Shown: positions 28,101 to 43,100 of the stretch, piece after piece
How positions within the stretch are numbered: the first letter of the stretch is position 1
Layout of the letters: every line of letters starts with the position of its first letter
From: Phoronis australis
Lineage: Eukaryota > Animalia > Phoronida
Direction of reading: 5' to 3'
Assembly (NCBI GenBank): GCA_002633005.1
Contig: NMRA01000457.1
Span: 286,145 to 350,144, forward strand
DNA: 64,000 bases
Made by a program: the position numbers and the translations under genes
Notes under the pieces: generated by a model
What the model was told of the DNA's origin: nothing
The model's database searches: none
Seen by the model: only the letters and a program-made list of their open reading frames with translations

Positions 28101-31100
28101 TTTCATGAAATTTGGCAAATATTTTTTATTAGAAAGATGACGATGCCTTCCATTTTTGAATGGGTTTGATGTATTCTATGTCATCCAGTGCCCATTTTTA
28201 TGATACTAATTAACACGCCTTGAAATATACTATTAGTGGTGCAGTCGTGGGAGCATTTCAAAGCTTTTTGTTGCTCTAGTACTGTTATTATAGCAAAACA
28301 CTGCTATGAAAAGTAATGTTAGTGCAGAACATAATGTTAATAAGGATTTTCAAAAGTTTACTGCATTATAATCAGCACAATTTTAGTTTTGGCATGCTTG
28401 TCCTACTTGTTTCATTAGGCTGGGCATTGCCAAATACTTTTTATGAACTTGTGTAATGTGTTGAACATAATCATTTCATGTTGAAGTAGAGCTGATATCA
28501 TCAATTGTTACTAACAAGGACTTTGCATTCAAGTCAGTGATGTTAGTTTTCTGAAAAGGTATGTCAACAACTCCTATTGCATTATCAAGGGCTGATTGGA
28601 TTTCTGATTGTTAGTCTTTTTACAGCAGAATATTGTAACTTTGAGCCTCAGTCAGGATGAAAATCTTCCGACTTTTAGTCACAAGGTTTGTGCCACACAT
28701 CAAACCTCTGTACTCAGAACTAGACTCGAAAATGGACGAATTGCATGCTATGCTTCGACTGAGTTTTGAGGTATAGGTACTGTACCCTGGTGAATAGTTG
28801 ACATGGTAGAACCGCCTCGTTACGTGAGCTAAATTTATAAAGAACAATTTGTAAGTGAGTTGGCGAGTATAACTGCTGTTAATACAATTGCTGGTATGTT
28901 TTTGTCATTTCTTTGTTAGCTATTTGTATTGGACTGACTGGGGTGAGGAAGCAAGGATTGAGAGGGTTGACATGGACGGGAAGAATCGTCAAATTATAGT
29001 TAAGGACCACCTGGGCTGGCCGAATGGGTTGACCATAGACAAGACTAGTAACCGGCTGATATGGGCCGACGCCAAGGCACAGGTACGTAAGTTAGTCAGA
29101 CAACAAGAACACATAATTTGAGAACACCTTGAGGGTTTTAAGGCAGCAAGTAAACCGCGAAGAATGTACTGTTTCATGACCTTGCTGTGGTGCAATCCAC
29201 TATGCATATTAACAGAAGATGTTTTAGTGCTAAATATAATGCCTCGAAAGGTGAACTTGGAAAAACGTCAAAGAGTTGTGTGTGAGGGATCATACTCATT
29301 CCACATCAAGGTCGGCCAAGACCCGCCTCCCATCACAAAAATAACTTTTGATTTAGACCACTTGCCATTACGAAATTGGTCTCAAATTGTTCCCGAGTCA
29401 AATTAGAAGCAATATCAGGGCTTTGAAAGAACTGGCAGTTGATTAGCACAAATTGAAGACAGTGTCTACAAGTTGGCTATTGGCAGAGTGTCATTATGTG
29501 TGCCAAGGGTGTCTACAAGTTGGCTATTGGCAGCGTGTCATTATGTGTGCCCAGGGTGTCTACAAGTTGGCTATTCGCAGCGTGTCATTATGTGTGCCAA
29601 GCGTAGTCTCGAACTGCAAGTCGTTTGCAATAACCCAGAAACCACAACTGAGGAACGCATTGAGACCAGTGTCTGTAGTAAATAGTCTAAATCAAAAGTT
29701 CAGTTCTTGGACATAAAGCATCTTTGATAGCAACTTTAAATCTGTTTAAACTGTTCTGCAGTTTTCAATGAGGCTTGGTTGTGCGCACCTTCCTTTTGCC
29801 CCCTGCCCTCTTGGGACTGTATTAAATTTTGTCATTAGCCACCTTAATTTCTTAAAAGCAATGTTTTAATGCAGTCGAATAAATTTGATCACTCATTGTC
29901 ATTTCAGACTATTGAGTCGTGTGATTTCCAAGGTCGCAATCGTAGTATCCTGGTGGACTCACTCCAGCACCCTTACGGGCTCACCCTGCACGGGTCCTAC
30001 ATATATTGGACTGACTGGAAGACGAAGACCATTTCACGCGCTGACAAAGACACGGGGTTCCATGTTACGACTGTCCGGGGAAACCTGGAGAATTTGATGG
30101 CTATTCATGCAGTGCAGCCGGAGAACCATGGTAACAAATTGTATTATTTTTTTTAACTGTTGATTATTATGAAACTGTGCGAGTGATGTAGATGAAAAGG
30201 CGCGTGTCCATGGCAGCAAGAGTGACCGCTTTAATGCTATCAGTCTTCAATGCTTAATGAGGATCTCCTGTCTTTCATAAGTGACATGTTCCAATAGTTT
30301 CTCATTCTCGTCACAATGCAACTATGACTTGGTTGTGAAACCATCAGTCAATCATTGCCATGTTTCGATTGTTTCTCATTCTCGTCACAATGCAACTATG
30401 ACTTGGTTGTGAAACCATCAGTCAATCATTGCCATGTTCCAATTGTTTCTCATTCTCGTCACAATGCAACTATGACTTGGTTGTGAAACCATCAGTCAAT
30501 TATTGCCATGTCCCGATAGTTTCTCATTATCGTCATAATCCAACCATGACTTGGTTGTGAAACCATCAGTCAATCGTCGCCTTGTCTCATTTATTTCTCA
30601 TTCTCTTGATCGTGGTGCCACTGCAACCAAGTTGCGTAGTGTTCGGCTTTTTATATTTTACGTAATAACTAAAACATTGACCATTAAGTGTGGAGTGGTT
30701 GATTATTGTAGTCCTCTGCAAAATAAAAATAGTTGACTGCAAATGAACCAGTGTATAACTACTAATATCAAAGTAATAGGGCTGTCCCGGATTACTTAGT
30801 AATAGAACTCTCCTTTGATCCAGAAGTAAGAAAGCGCGTTTACTTCATTGGCCTTGTTTTGGAATGTCAGGCACATTTTTGCAATGTCAGAAACCATTGA
30901 GATGTATGGCCGTGGAAATGTTCCTGATTTCAACTGTTTAAAAGTACCAGAACTAAACTGGAATGTTCACGACAGGGGGTTCTGTTTCTTTATCCACTCG
31001 CTTTGTATTTTCTTGTCTTTGATTTCGAAGGTGATGAAAGTGACGACACAAAGAGCTTATGAATCTCCAATGCTGTGAAAACGAGGCAACAAAAGTTGAT

Positions 31101-34100
31101 GTGACTTGGATAAAATCGGGGAGATTTGAGTGCCACTGTGTAATCCAGGGCAGCCCCATTATGCTTTATTTGCTCCAAAAGGTGTCACTAGTCATCTTTT
31201 TCCATTTACTGTAAACTCTATTGTACTGTGTTAAGTCAACCTCCTCCCATCAGTCATGTGTTACCCACTGTCTGTATTGTAGGAGTCAACAGATGTGGTG
31301 CCAACAATGGTCGCTGTAGTCATCTCTGCCTACCTAACCCGACTGGTTTCTCCTGCGCATGCCCCACAGGTCTACTGTTGAAGGCAGACCGCAGGACGTG
31401 CAATACAGGTGAGCATAAACTGACATTGTGCTGTATTTAATAAATTATTAACTGTCCGCACCGCCTTTCTGAAACTTTTTGCTTCCTCTCACTTTACCTT
31501 CACTCCTGTGATTTGTGGAGATCACTAATTGTAATTTTTCGACTTTTCATTGTCGGGCAACTCTAAGATTTTGTTTCATTTTATTAACTGTAACAGACAA
31601 CCGAAGTTACTTCACAAACTGGTGAACTGGGCGTTCTAAGTTTCATGTTGAGCTGACCCCATAAATAGCATCCCGAAAAACGAGCTTAGTTCGCTTCAGT
31701 CTTAATTTGCAAGTTATGTTTATCCATAGTGTTTCTTAACAGCTAATGGACATGGAAGGCTGCGTGTGTGGAGACGTGCTTACACCCCTTAGATTTTTTC
31801 TAATTTCTAAATTATTCAGCAGGGAATTGAGGAAATAGTTATGTAAGAAGCCCATTGTGACAACTATCATTACTTTAGAATGCAGAAATCCCTTGCTCTG
31901 TTTAAGTCTTGTTTCAAAGAAAAATTATAATTCACAAGTTCTATGTTAAGAATGGTCTGTCTGATATTAATGGTGTTACTGAACTTGGTTATTTCTACTC
32001 TTCATTTGACTATGAATAATTATATAGCTTTTATTAGCAACATTATTGAAACGTTATTGCTATTAATCTTATTATTTTTATCATTATGATATCATTCGTC
32101 AAGATTGTTATCGTTGTACTAATTTAAATTTATTTGTGAGCATTAAAATAAATAGACAAGACTACCGCTTGTGTTTAATTATGAACTTCAGTTCCAAGGA
32201 ATTTTTCTGTCACATAATTAACTGTTTTTAAAATTAACCAGAAATTAATTTGAGATTTTCAAAATAAATTCTGAATTTTTTGGTTGCACACTTACAAAAT
32301 GGCCACCACTGAGCAGCACTGAAATTTACCTCCATAGATTAAGAGACAGTAACTACTATGCAGTGCCATAATTTATCTAGTTTATTGATAGGCCATGTTT
32401 GATTGAACTTTCTGTGTTCTAAATTGCTGAAAACAAATAAAGACAAGAATCCTTAAAATAATTTTGATATATTTTCATTTCTTACAGCGCCAAGTAGTTA
32501 TCTGCTGTTTGCATCTCGTGGTGACATCCGCCGTATCTCCATGGATACACCAGATAATGTGGATGTCTACTTACCATTACCAGATCTTCACAATGCTATT
32601 GCTCTTGACTTTGACTACAGGCAACAGAAGATATACTACACAGATGTCTACAAAGATGTTATCAGGTGCACATTATCAAAAGCCATTATAATGCATAAAA
32701 TTTAAACTCGACTAAAATGTTCACTTTTCAATTCTGTGTCAAATTTTGTACATTTGGGGAACAATTGTGTAGGTTAAAGTGAACATTCTTTAAATATGAA
32801 TAAAAAGATATTAAAAAGATGAATACTTCCAGTACAAATTTGATAAAACCTGAACGTTCCTAGCATCGTGTAAGGGCCGAATTTTTTCAAGGGACAAAAA
32901 AATCATAGTTGTTGCCAATATTTTACCTGAGTATCTTTATTTCCTAGTAAGTATGCTCTGGTACGTGAGTAATGGTGTGATGTACTTCAGTACTGGTATG
33001 CGGTAGGCTTTTTTCTCAACATGTATTAGGTGTGCAGCAGACTTTCTTTACAATCTGTGTTACTCTTTGTGCACCAGCAATCATTGCAATGTAGAAAAGG
33101 GTTCTTAGTTAATGCTTGACTATTTGCAATCCTGATTAAGGCCATGTTGGACTAAATCTACAAGTCAGTGTGTATTTTACCAATTATCTGCAAAGCTACA
33201 GATTGTCAGTAATATATTTATGTATATATTCTGAGAGCAGAATGCCTGTAGAATTTGATTAATAATTTTATTTGAATCTTCCTTTAAATTGGGTCACATG
33301 AACATGCCTTTTCAGTAAACTTTAGCAAAAACGAAAACTTCATTTTATAGTGAAACAACGGTAACTTTAGTATGACCAAATTTCTTTTGACATACATTAA
33401 ACCTTCAAGATGTAATCGAAAAGGTGCTGTTACAATTTTTTAAGTTAGCTTTTTGTTTAATTTCTTTTAATGTGCAACTTATGATTTTTTTTCAGAAAAA
33501 AAATAATATATAAAAGCCCTATTTTTTGATAACACCCAATTCCAAAATGGAACAATTCTTGAAACATTTTGGATAATAGTGCATAACATATACCATCTGA
33601 AAGTTTCCGTTCAGCCTTTTTTCTGAGATGTGTTATTCCGAAGTCAAATGTGGACGTTTCACCGGTGTCCTGCATAACATTACTCTGACTCATTTCAGAC
33701 GAGCCAACACGGACGGGTCTGACATGGAGACTATCATCAGTTCGGGACTTACTACCGCTGATGGAATAGCACTCGACTGGATAGCACAGAACATTTACTG
33801 GACAGATAAAGGTAGGGCTGAAGTCTAGGTCCACTTAACAGTGGAAATGTGAAATTTTTCTGCAATTCAATTTGTCTAAGTCATGGTGAACCTCTCACTC
33901 GTTTCGGACAAGGTGTCTTTTCAATTTCCTGTTTTCTCTTTCAAGGTCTTCTAGTTTTGTTGTGAATGCTCACAGTTTCTCAAAATATTCTCTAGTGGCA
34001 ACTATGATACAGAAGTTGTAAAGTATTGATTTGTTGCTTCATATTTTTTACAAATAAAATTTCTGCTGCATGCCGTACTGTGCTCTAACTCTAAATTTCA

Positions 34101-37100
34101 TTGTATAATCTAATTAAAGTTGCGGAAAACTGTGCTCTAAAATTCTGTTGAAAGAAAGAAATAATATCCGTACAAACACTAGACACTAAGTTGTGAAACA
34201 CTTTTTCCTGTTGTGGTGAACTTAAGTCTAGTATTCTCTCAGCAGATGTCTTAGTCCTTCATGGAGGCAGCTTTTCCCAGTCTTAGCAAGGTTTAGGGTT
34301 GCCAGATGGTCTTACATTTTGTCCAAGGATACTACTTGGTATTTTGCTTGCATGTTGAGCTAAGAAACAAATAATCATTTATTTCTTTTAGACCATGAAA
34401 TCATTTTTCAAAAGAAATTGGGTTTGTGTTCCCTGATATTGTTTAATACTTCACTTTTGCCATCACGTGACCTGATAAGTTAACCTACTAGTAATAAATC
34501 TTGAATGAAATTCTACTCATTACACTTTTGCTGAGCTCAATTCTATAGATTTTTATATAAATGCACGGACTTGATGATGAAGTTAATCATGATCTTCATG
34601 CTGTATGTATGCTATTTCCCTCTTGCCATATACAATCTGTGCAGGCCGCAACGTTGTGGAAGTAGCTAGGGTCACAGGGGACAGTAGAAAGATCCTTGTG
34701 CAGGATAACCTAGATGAGCCCCGCGCCATCGCTGTATTCCCCGCTAGGGGCCTCATGTTCTGGACGGACTGGGGTCAAAAGGCCAAGATTGAGAGGGCCA
34801 ATATGGATGGAAGTAACAGGAAGGTCATCATTCATAAAGATATTAGTAAGCTTTGTCTTGTATTATGAAAAGAAATTTTAAAAGTAAAGAAATGCACAGA
34901 AATTGTCCTGTTTTGGATTCATGGAGATGAAGTCCTATCTCTCGTTTACTTGCAAATGACCCTAGATTCTGATATTTGTAGAACCAGCTGGTCACTGCAA
35001 ACTTGTGACATGTGGACTAGTTTCAAAAAGTTGTTTCTTTTACTAAATTATGTGCCATTGAGAAGCTTGTTTCATGTTCTATAGAAACCTCACTAAGGAC
35101 TTTTACAGATGTTTGGACATGTGGACATGAGTACACACGCTCGGGAGGAACTGGACTTTGCATGTGTCCAGTCATCTGTCTGTATTATGCTTAGTTGCTG
35201 TAACATTTTAAAAGTTTTGTCACGTGTCTGAGTTTTGGAACCTTTTGGATTAATCATATTGTCAAAGTTCACTTCAGTTTCTTTGGAGGAGTTGAGTGAT
35301 GCCCAAATGGGCCCGTGATTGGATGCACACCCAGTTTTCACACTGGTCTTGCAACTTATTTGTCAATCACTACATTAGTCACCAAAATATATTTGAATTG
35401 TTTTGTAGACTCTTGTCTTTGGTTAAGTTGCAGTATAGCTGCTGAGTTATACTGAACAGTGACCTCTCCAGTTCGAAAAATTGATTAAAGACAGGATTGC
35501 TGTCTGTTCCAGTTTTATTTCATAGTCTCTCAAAGTCACAATCCTCCGAGAAAAAAAATAACAATAGAGCTGAGTGGATAAGTTCAGCCTATGTCACAAA
35601 TTAAATTTCACACTTCCTTGTCTCTTGTTAGGGTGGCCAAATGGGTTGTGTATTGACTATGGAGCAAAGCGACTGTACTGGGCTGATGCAAGTCTCGACA
35701 AAATTGAGACGACCGATTTTAATGGCCGCAACCGTGTCCAGCTGATTAGCGGAGTAGGAGACATGCATCCGTTTGGTCTCACAGTGGTAAGGAAACGACT
35801 ATTCTGATTGAGCTGTACATTCTATTTCGACTTGGCTTGGTCTTCAATGCCTAAAAACTGGTTTACTCTTACGGATAACAGGTTTTTAGGTTGGAAATCA
35901 AGTAGAGATTACTGATTGTGTGTATGTAGACCATTGCATATCATGGAATGGGTAATCATTATACAAAGTGGACTACAAAGTGCTGTTACGAGTAGGCTAA
36001 TCCATCAAAGCATTGGAAATCAAAATGGAAGGAAGTGATGTGATTCGTTAAGGTTCTTATCTTGATGCCATAAACCCTATGTGTTGGCGAGAAATCGCAT
36101 GTTATCCCCTTAGTGACTTGCGGTTTGCTCAAGATTTTCAACTGCTTGGAGTATGTTGAGTGGCTACTCGGGATGATCTATCACAACAAAATTGCATTTA
36201 TTTTGTTTTAGAGAACACTAAATCTTAGTCTTTTGTGTGGCCAGATGTGCTGCTTGTGAGCTGTAATTTGATACTTATTTAAGCATAATTGTCTGCCCTG
36301 TTGACATCATTTGATCCGTAGATAATTAATTTGTGGTTCTGGAGCTAAAAAGTGTTGTGAAGTTTGCATCATCTTAATTAATTAGTGATTCTCTAATAGA
36401 TAAATATGCTGTCAGTGATTCATGTCAGTGATTCAAAGAAACAGTTCGTCTGCAAGAGGAAACATTCATTTACAGTATAGTTATTTTTAGTTTGGAGATT
36501 ACATCTATTGGACTGATTGGAGTACACGATCAATTGAACGAGCCAATCGCAAGACAGGAGGTCAGCGCGTCACTATCCAAGGCGACATGGACAACCTTAT
36601 GGACATTCATGTCGTATCACTGCATGCCCAGGTCGGCTACAATCCGTGTAAAACTCAAAATGGTGGCTGCAGTCACCTGTGCCTAGCGACACCTGGTGGC
36701 TACACCTGTGCTTGTCCTGAGTACACAACCAGTGATAAGCCATGCTCTACTGGTAGGAGTTCTCAAAATATTTCAAAATCTCGTTTCTCTTAAAATTAGC
36801 TACTGGAAATTTTTTTTAGTTCTTGTTTTGCTTTGATTCCATGTCGTGAACACATCCACTAAAACAAGAAACTGTAGGAACACCGCATTTATCCACCTTC
36901 ACTCTTATCAGGCTTCTATTGTGAGTCAGCATGCGTGAATAATTGGCTGATAAGCCACCTCTGGAACTACTTTTNNNNNNNNNNNNNNNNNNNNNNNNNN
37001 NNNNNNNNNNNNNNNNNNNNNNNNNNNNNNNNNNNNNNNNNNNNNNNNNNNNNNNNNNNNNNNNNNNNNNNNNNNNNNNNNNNNNNNNNNNNNNNNNNNN

Positions 37101-40100
37101 NNNNNNNNNNNNNNNNNNNNNNNNNNNNNNNNNNNNNNNNNNNNNNNNNNNNNNNNNNNNNNNNNNNNNNNNNNNNNNNNNNNNNNNNNNNNNNNNNNNN
37201 NNNNNNNNNNNNNNNNNNNNNNNNNNNNNNNNNNNNNNNNNNNNNNNNNNNNNNNNNNNNNNNNNNNNNNNNNNNNNNNNNNNNNNNNNNNNNNNNNNNN
37301 NNNNNNNNNNNNNNNNNNNNNNNNNNNNNNNNNNNNNNNNNNNNNNNNNNNNNNNNNNNNNNNNNNNNNNNNNNNNNNNNNNNNNNNNNNNNNNNNNNNN
37401 NNNNNNNNNNNNNNNNNNNNNNNNNNNNNNNNNNNNNNNNNNNNNNNNNNNNNNNNNNNNNNNNNNNNNNNNNNNNNNNNNNNNNNNNNNNNNNNNNNNN
37501 NNNNNNNNNNNNNNNNNNNNNNNNNNNNNNNNNNNNNNNNNNNNNNNNNNNNNNNNNNNNNNNNNNNNNNNNNNNNNNNNNNNNNNNNNNNNNNNNNNNN
37601 NNNNNNNNNNNNNNNNNNNNNNNNNNNNNNNNNNNNNNNNNNNNNNNNNNNNNNNNNNNNNNNNNNNNNNNNNNNNNNNNNNNNNNNNNNNNNNNNNNNN
37701 NNNNNNNNNNNNNNNNNNNNNNNNNNNNNNNNNNNNNNNNNNNNNNNNNNNNNNNNNNNNNNNNNNNNNNNNNNNNNNNNNNNNNNNNNNNNNNNNNNNN
37801 NNNNNNNNNNNNNNNNNNNNNNNNNNNNNNNNNNNNNNNNNNNNNNNNNNNNNNNNNNNNNNNNNNNNNNNNNNNNNNNNNNNNNNNNNNNNTATTTTGA
37901 ATATTGCAATGCATGTGTTCCAAAATCTAAATAACTTGGGTCCTATATTTTTGTATTAGTGCGCGCCGAATGAAAGTAATCGTGAGTGTTGCTGTGTTGC
38001 AAAATCTCTTATCCTGGGCCGATTTGAAAAATTCAAAGTTGTACTCATATTTGTTTTCGCTCCTCTTTTCAAATATTACAGTAAAAACATCGTAAAACTC
38101 TCTCCATAAAAAGTACAGTCTGCTAGCTGGATTGTAATCAGCTGGTCATATCCGCATGAGCGAAGCCAATTATCCTCGCTCGTGACTCGATGACTAGAGC
38201 AGCTTGGCGGCATCCCTTTCATCGTGAGCCGAGCGGGACTCAGCCAAGGTGGATAAATACGGTCTAGTTCAATTTTCCATACCCCACCGTTTACCTTAAC
38301 CACTGGGGTTAGAACCAATTTTATTTAGTGGGAATGTTCATAGCATGTCCTAAATGTCATTAATCACGAGGCTGAACAGCATCTTTTCAGTTATTCGTTA
38401 TTCTATAAACAGCTCATTTTCCTATTGAGATTTTCTCCATGATTCTTGTAGTAATTGAGACGAAATTTGTGAATTTTGATAAGAATTTCCAGCATGCTTG
38501 TTAAAGTGTATTTTGGAGATCAATCCTCAAGCTCACATCTTAAGAATTTAATTGATCACACTTCTTTTTAGACTAACAAGTTGACAATCTAAGCGCACAG
38601 TTTACTTCAGGCACTGGTTGCACTGTCCTTTATATCCAGCTGTATATTTTCACTTTTTCTGTCGCACATTTAGAACATAGAGTGGAGGAAACTTATGGAC
38701 TATTGTCAATGAAAAGTAAATATTTTGGAGAGCAAGGTTTGTTTGCTGGCAGCTGTCATCAAACTGTTGGAAAAACTTGTTATGAAGATTTACAGTAGTG
38801 TAGAAAGCAGCTGAAAGTGAAGGCAGTGGCAATTTTGACAATTAGTTTTGTTCATAAAAGATGCAAATTATTATTTTTTCTTACTTTACTCTGTTCATAA
38901 ATAGCCATGTGTTGCCTTGGATGTTTTTATGTTTCACATTTATGCGTATTATGATTGTATGATTATTTTCAGTTGCGAGGTTCATTCCAACTACACCAAC
39001 ACCCAGTCCAGACACAGTCCACACTACGCCACCTGGTGGAAATATTGCAACAACAAATAGCACACGAATCCTGTAAGTAATTACAAATGCTGTTCAAATA
39101 AACAAGAGTTAATTAGTGCAGTCATCATTTAAAGTTATTGTGTGACGTTACTTAGTTTCACTTTACACTTCAAACATCCTAAAACTTTTGTGGCAAAGTA
39201 GGAATTTTTATACGCCCACACATTTATATATTTTTGGCGCATTATGTTGATATCTCTGTCCGTCCATCCAACGTCCACTGCTGTATCTCCATAACCTGTT
39301 GACGTACTTACTATGTTCATGAAATTTTGCAGAATGATATGTTCCTAACACCGATGGGACTGCATGGGGGTCTTTTTGGATGGATCTGATTATTTTTTAC
39401 GCACTTAACTTCTGTATCTTTGGTGTTCCTGAACAGATTTTCATGAAATGTGGCAAATAAGTAGCTGTAAGGAAGTTGATGCCATCTTTGCGCTTTCGAA
39501 TGATTTTGACATATTTTGCGCCACCTAGTGGATATTTTAATTGTTTTCAAGTTTTTGGCCATCTACCCTTCTTTAAGCCAAGCCACTGTGTGATGAAACC
39601 ACTCAGAGAATTGTTAAAAAAATTGGTAATGGTGTTCCTACTGGGAAGAGCGGGGTTGATGATTTTTGGACAGTTTGACTACTGTGGCGCTCCCTAGTTG
39701 CAGTTTGCTTTTTTCGCTTCCGCTACTGTATCTTCCTGGAGGATCTTTTAGTGAAATTTGGCAAGTGTATTTCTATGAAAGTGACAACAGATGGCAACGT
39801 TTGGACGTATCTGACTACCACTGTGTCGCCTGTTTTAATTTTTTTATATTCTTGGGAGGTGTGTTCTTATATAGTATTCTTCCTGGCTAGTATCTGCGCT
39901 ATATGTGATGCACTCGTCGGACGCATATCAATGCTTCGCGTTGCTCTTGTTTAATATGAGAAATGTGTTGTGCTCATCAATTTTGGACCAGGATTGAAGT
40001 TCCGCCTTACCTGTGATATGATGATTGTGTATTTGACTAAAGCACTCTCCTTTGGGTCTTGAGGGGAGAGTTAATGGTCCGCAAAATGTCTTTCAGTTTT

Positions 40101-43100
40101 GTGGATGTTTGTAAATCCATTCCATGTCACCTCAGACACTCAGCCATTTGAATATGACTGGTATTTATTGCTGCGGAATACCAAGATGACTGTTATGTTT
40201 ATTTGATTCTGTTAAAGGAAAAGCAGCTGAACAAGGGCTTCATGGCTGTGGCTAATGAGATTATTTTATTAACCCTGTAGGTTTTGAATATGTGTGCCCA
40301 AAAAGGTTTGTTAAACCAAAATTGGAGTAACTTTATCTCATTACAAAACCACTGCTGCCCTCCTTTAGTGTATGATCTGTAAACAGTTTTGGGCTATCTG
40401 TTCACTGTTCTTCTTTTGTTGGAGCTGGTTGTATCAACTGGACCACAGTCTGTTCTAGACAGTGTTCTGGGACAGTGTATTTTAATGCTTTCTGAGGCTC
40501 TGCTTCAGTCTGCTTTGTTGATCTCTCTAACTGGCCATCTCTACCTTGATAGTAAATGGGGAATAGTAGTTAGTCTGTAATGTTTCTGTCTGACACTAAT
40601 TCATCTCGTGGTGTTTCTCTTCAGATGTTCAGACGAAGAGCTGAGGTCTGGTAGATGTGCTTTAACTCAAGGTTGGTCTCTCTGTTTCTTGTAAGCCGAG
40701 TGGAAAAGATTCATGAGTTAAATTTTTCCATTTTTTCGTAAAGCCCACAGCAAATTTTTTACCTGTTTGCTGTTTTGGTTTGAGTTTTGTGCAGCGTCCC
40801 CAGGTCATGTAATTCATTTCCTCACATGACTTGGATTGTGTTACAACATGACTTGTTAATAACATGGAGTATGTATTTTTGATATTACATGGGTGAATCA
40901 CAAAGTAGTACAAAGTAGAAATCTATACTCCTTACATTTTATCGGCTGCAAATACCGATACCAACAAAAAACGTGCACCAACCAAACAATGCCGGAATTC
41001 CGTGAAGGTGACAGCTTTATGATTGACAAATGAAGTGTAGCAAGTATACGTACTCCCAGTCGGAAGGACATGGAAACAATTTTTTAAACGGACCCATCTT
41101 CGACCTGTATTCCATATCCACATTCATTCAAAAGGTGATGAACCCCAACTCAAGAAAGGTGGTGAGACTGTCCAGCTGTGCTGTCCCAAGGTTAATTCAG
41201 GGCTCACACGTGAGGAAGCCCTGCTGACTGTGTTTTTTATAAGCATTTACAACTTCAAAGACTATTTATTGAATTCTACCTTGAACAGTTGTTACCAAAT
41301 CAAATGAGTTTACAATTTATTGTTAAGCTTGAAATTAAACTATTAGCTAAAAGTAATCGAGTTAACTTTATTGCGAAAGTTGTTTTTACAAAGCTTGTGT
41401 CATGTGGTTGAAAGTTTTAGACACGTGGAGTTTTTCGGCAAAAAAGTTCGTTTTAGGGTTCATGTGAGAAAACAAATCCTACAGTATCTCAGGTTTATGA
41501 CATTGGAAATTTTGTCAGAATCCGTCTGCAAGCCTTGGGATTTTGACCAAATTTCCAAGAGGTTTTGCCCATGTCATCAACCTGAGACTCGTGTAGGTTT
41601 CTTTATGTCCTCTATTAATATATAAGTAATGAGTGGGGAAGAGTCTACACGTTGTGAAGTGAATGCCATCTCTAATGTTGGTGGTCTATGTCGTTTTGTT
41701 CAAAAATCATCTCCCAAATCTCTTTCGTCCACTGCTGCCTACCTTTATTTGGAACTCTTTCATGTTATGGACCAAGTTAGAGGACAGTTTGTCTATTAAG
41801 TTGTGTGACAGTCTGAGACAATTTAGTCAGCTGTTGCAATTTGAAAGGTTGAAAGTTTTGAAACTCTTGTTTCTTCATCCGCAAGTGGTCTATTAATTTG
41901 AAAAGAGACCACTTGCGGATTTACGAACTTATTAGCGGAAAAGTGGAAAAATCTTGTTGCATTACATCACTTTAAATGGTGTATAACTATGCGTGTGAAA
42001 GACCCAACATGAGGTATTGTATCATGTCTGGCGGGGTATTAATTTTGACCGAAATCTTTCATTGACCTTTGATAGCGTTTGCTTCACCTGAAATCTTGAT
42101 TATTCTACCTGGCCAATCAGGGCTCGACATAACGAGCTGCAGGTCGCATTTGCGACCTGAAATTTGGAAATGCGAGCTGAGATTTTTGTCAGCTCGTATA
42201 AAGTCGCAAAATGCGACCTGGAATTTCCAACGAATGCGAGCTGAGTTTTTACACTTCTCAACAGATACCTGGCAAATACAAAGCAGCTCTTGTTAATCCG
42301 ACCGTTATTTGGTTGTTGCCAAATACAAGTTCAAAAGAACACTAACCGAGAACAGGCCTCCCGATGACTTGTAAGCAAGTCGCGTGAACATGGGATATGN
42401 NNNNNNNNNNNNNNNNNNNNNNNNNNNNNNNNNNNNNNNNNNNNNNNNNNNNNNNNNNNNNNNNNNNNNNNNNNNNNNNNNNNNNNNNNNNNNNNNNNNN
42501 NNNNNNNNNNNNNNNNNNNNNNNNNNNNNNNNNNNNNNNNNNNNNNNNNNNNNNNNNNNNNNNNNNNNNNNNNNNNNNNNNNNNNNNNNNNNNNNNNNNN
42601 NNNNNNNNNNNNNNNNNNNNNNNNNNNNNNNNNNNNNNNNNNNNNNNNNNNNNNNNNNNNNNNNNNNNNNNNNNNNNNNNNNNNNNNNNNNNNNNNNNNN
42701 NNNNNNNNNNNNNNNNNNNNNNNNNNNNNNNNNNNNNNNNNNNNNNNNNNNNNNNNNNNNNNNNNNNNNNNNNNNNNNNNNNNNNNNNNNNNNNNNNNNN
42801 NNNNNNNNNNNNNNNNNNNNNNNNNNNNNNNNNNNNNNNNNNNNNNNNNNNNNNNNNNNNNNNNNNNNNNNNNNNNNNNNNNNNNNNNNNNNNNNNNNNN
42901 NNNNNNNNNNNNNNNNNNNNNNNNNNNNNNNNNNNNNNNNNNNNNNNNNNNNNNNNNNNNNNNNNNNNNNNNNNNNNNNNNNNNNNNNNNNNNNNNNNNN
43001 NNNNNNNNNNNNNNNNNNNNNNNNNNNNNNNNACATCGCAAATTTAGCTACTCGAATGCACGAGTCAGTTAGAGAGCACTGATTCAACTTTCACGCCGGC

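Noticed and set aside
36926-37959. Long ORFs here and at 42305-43087
   Set aside because: Artefacts of N runs
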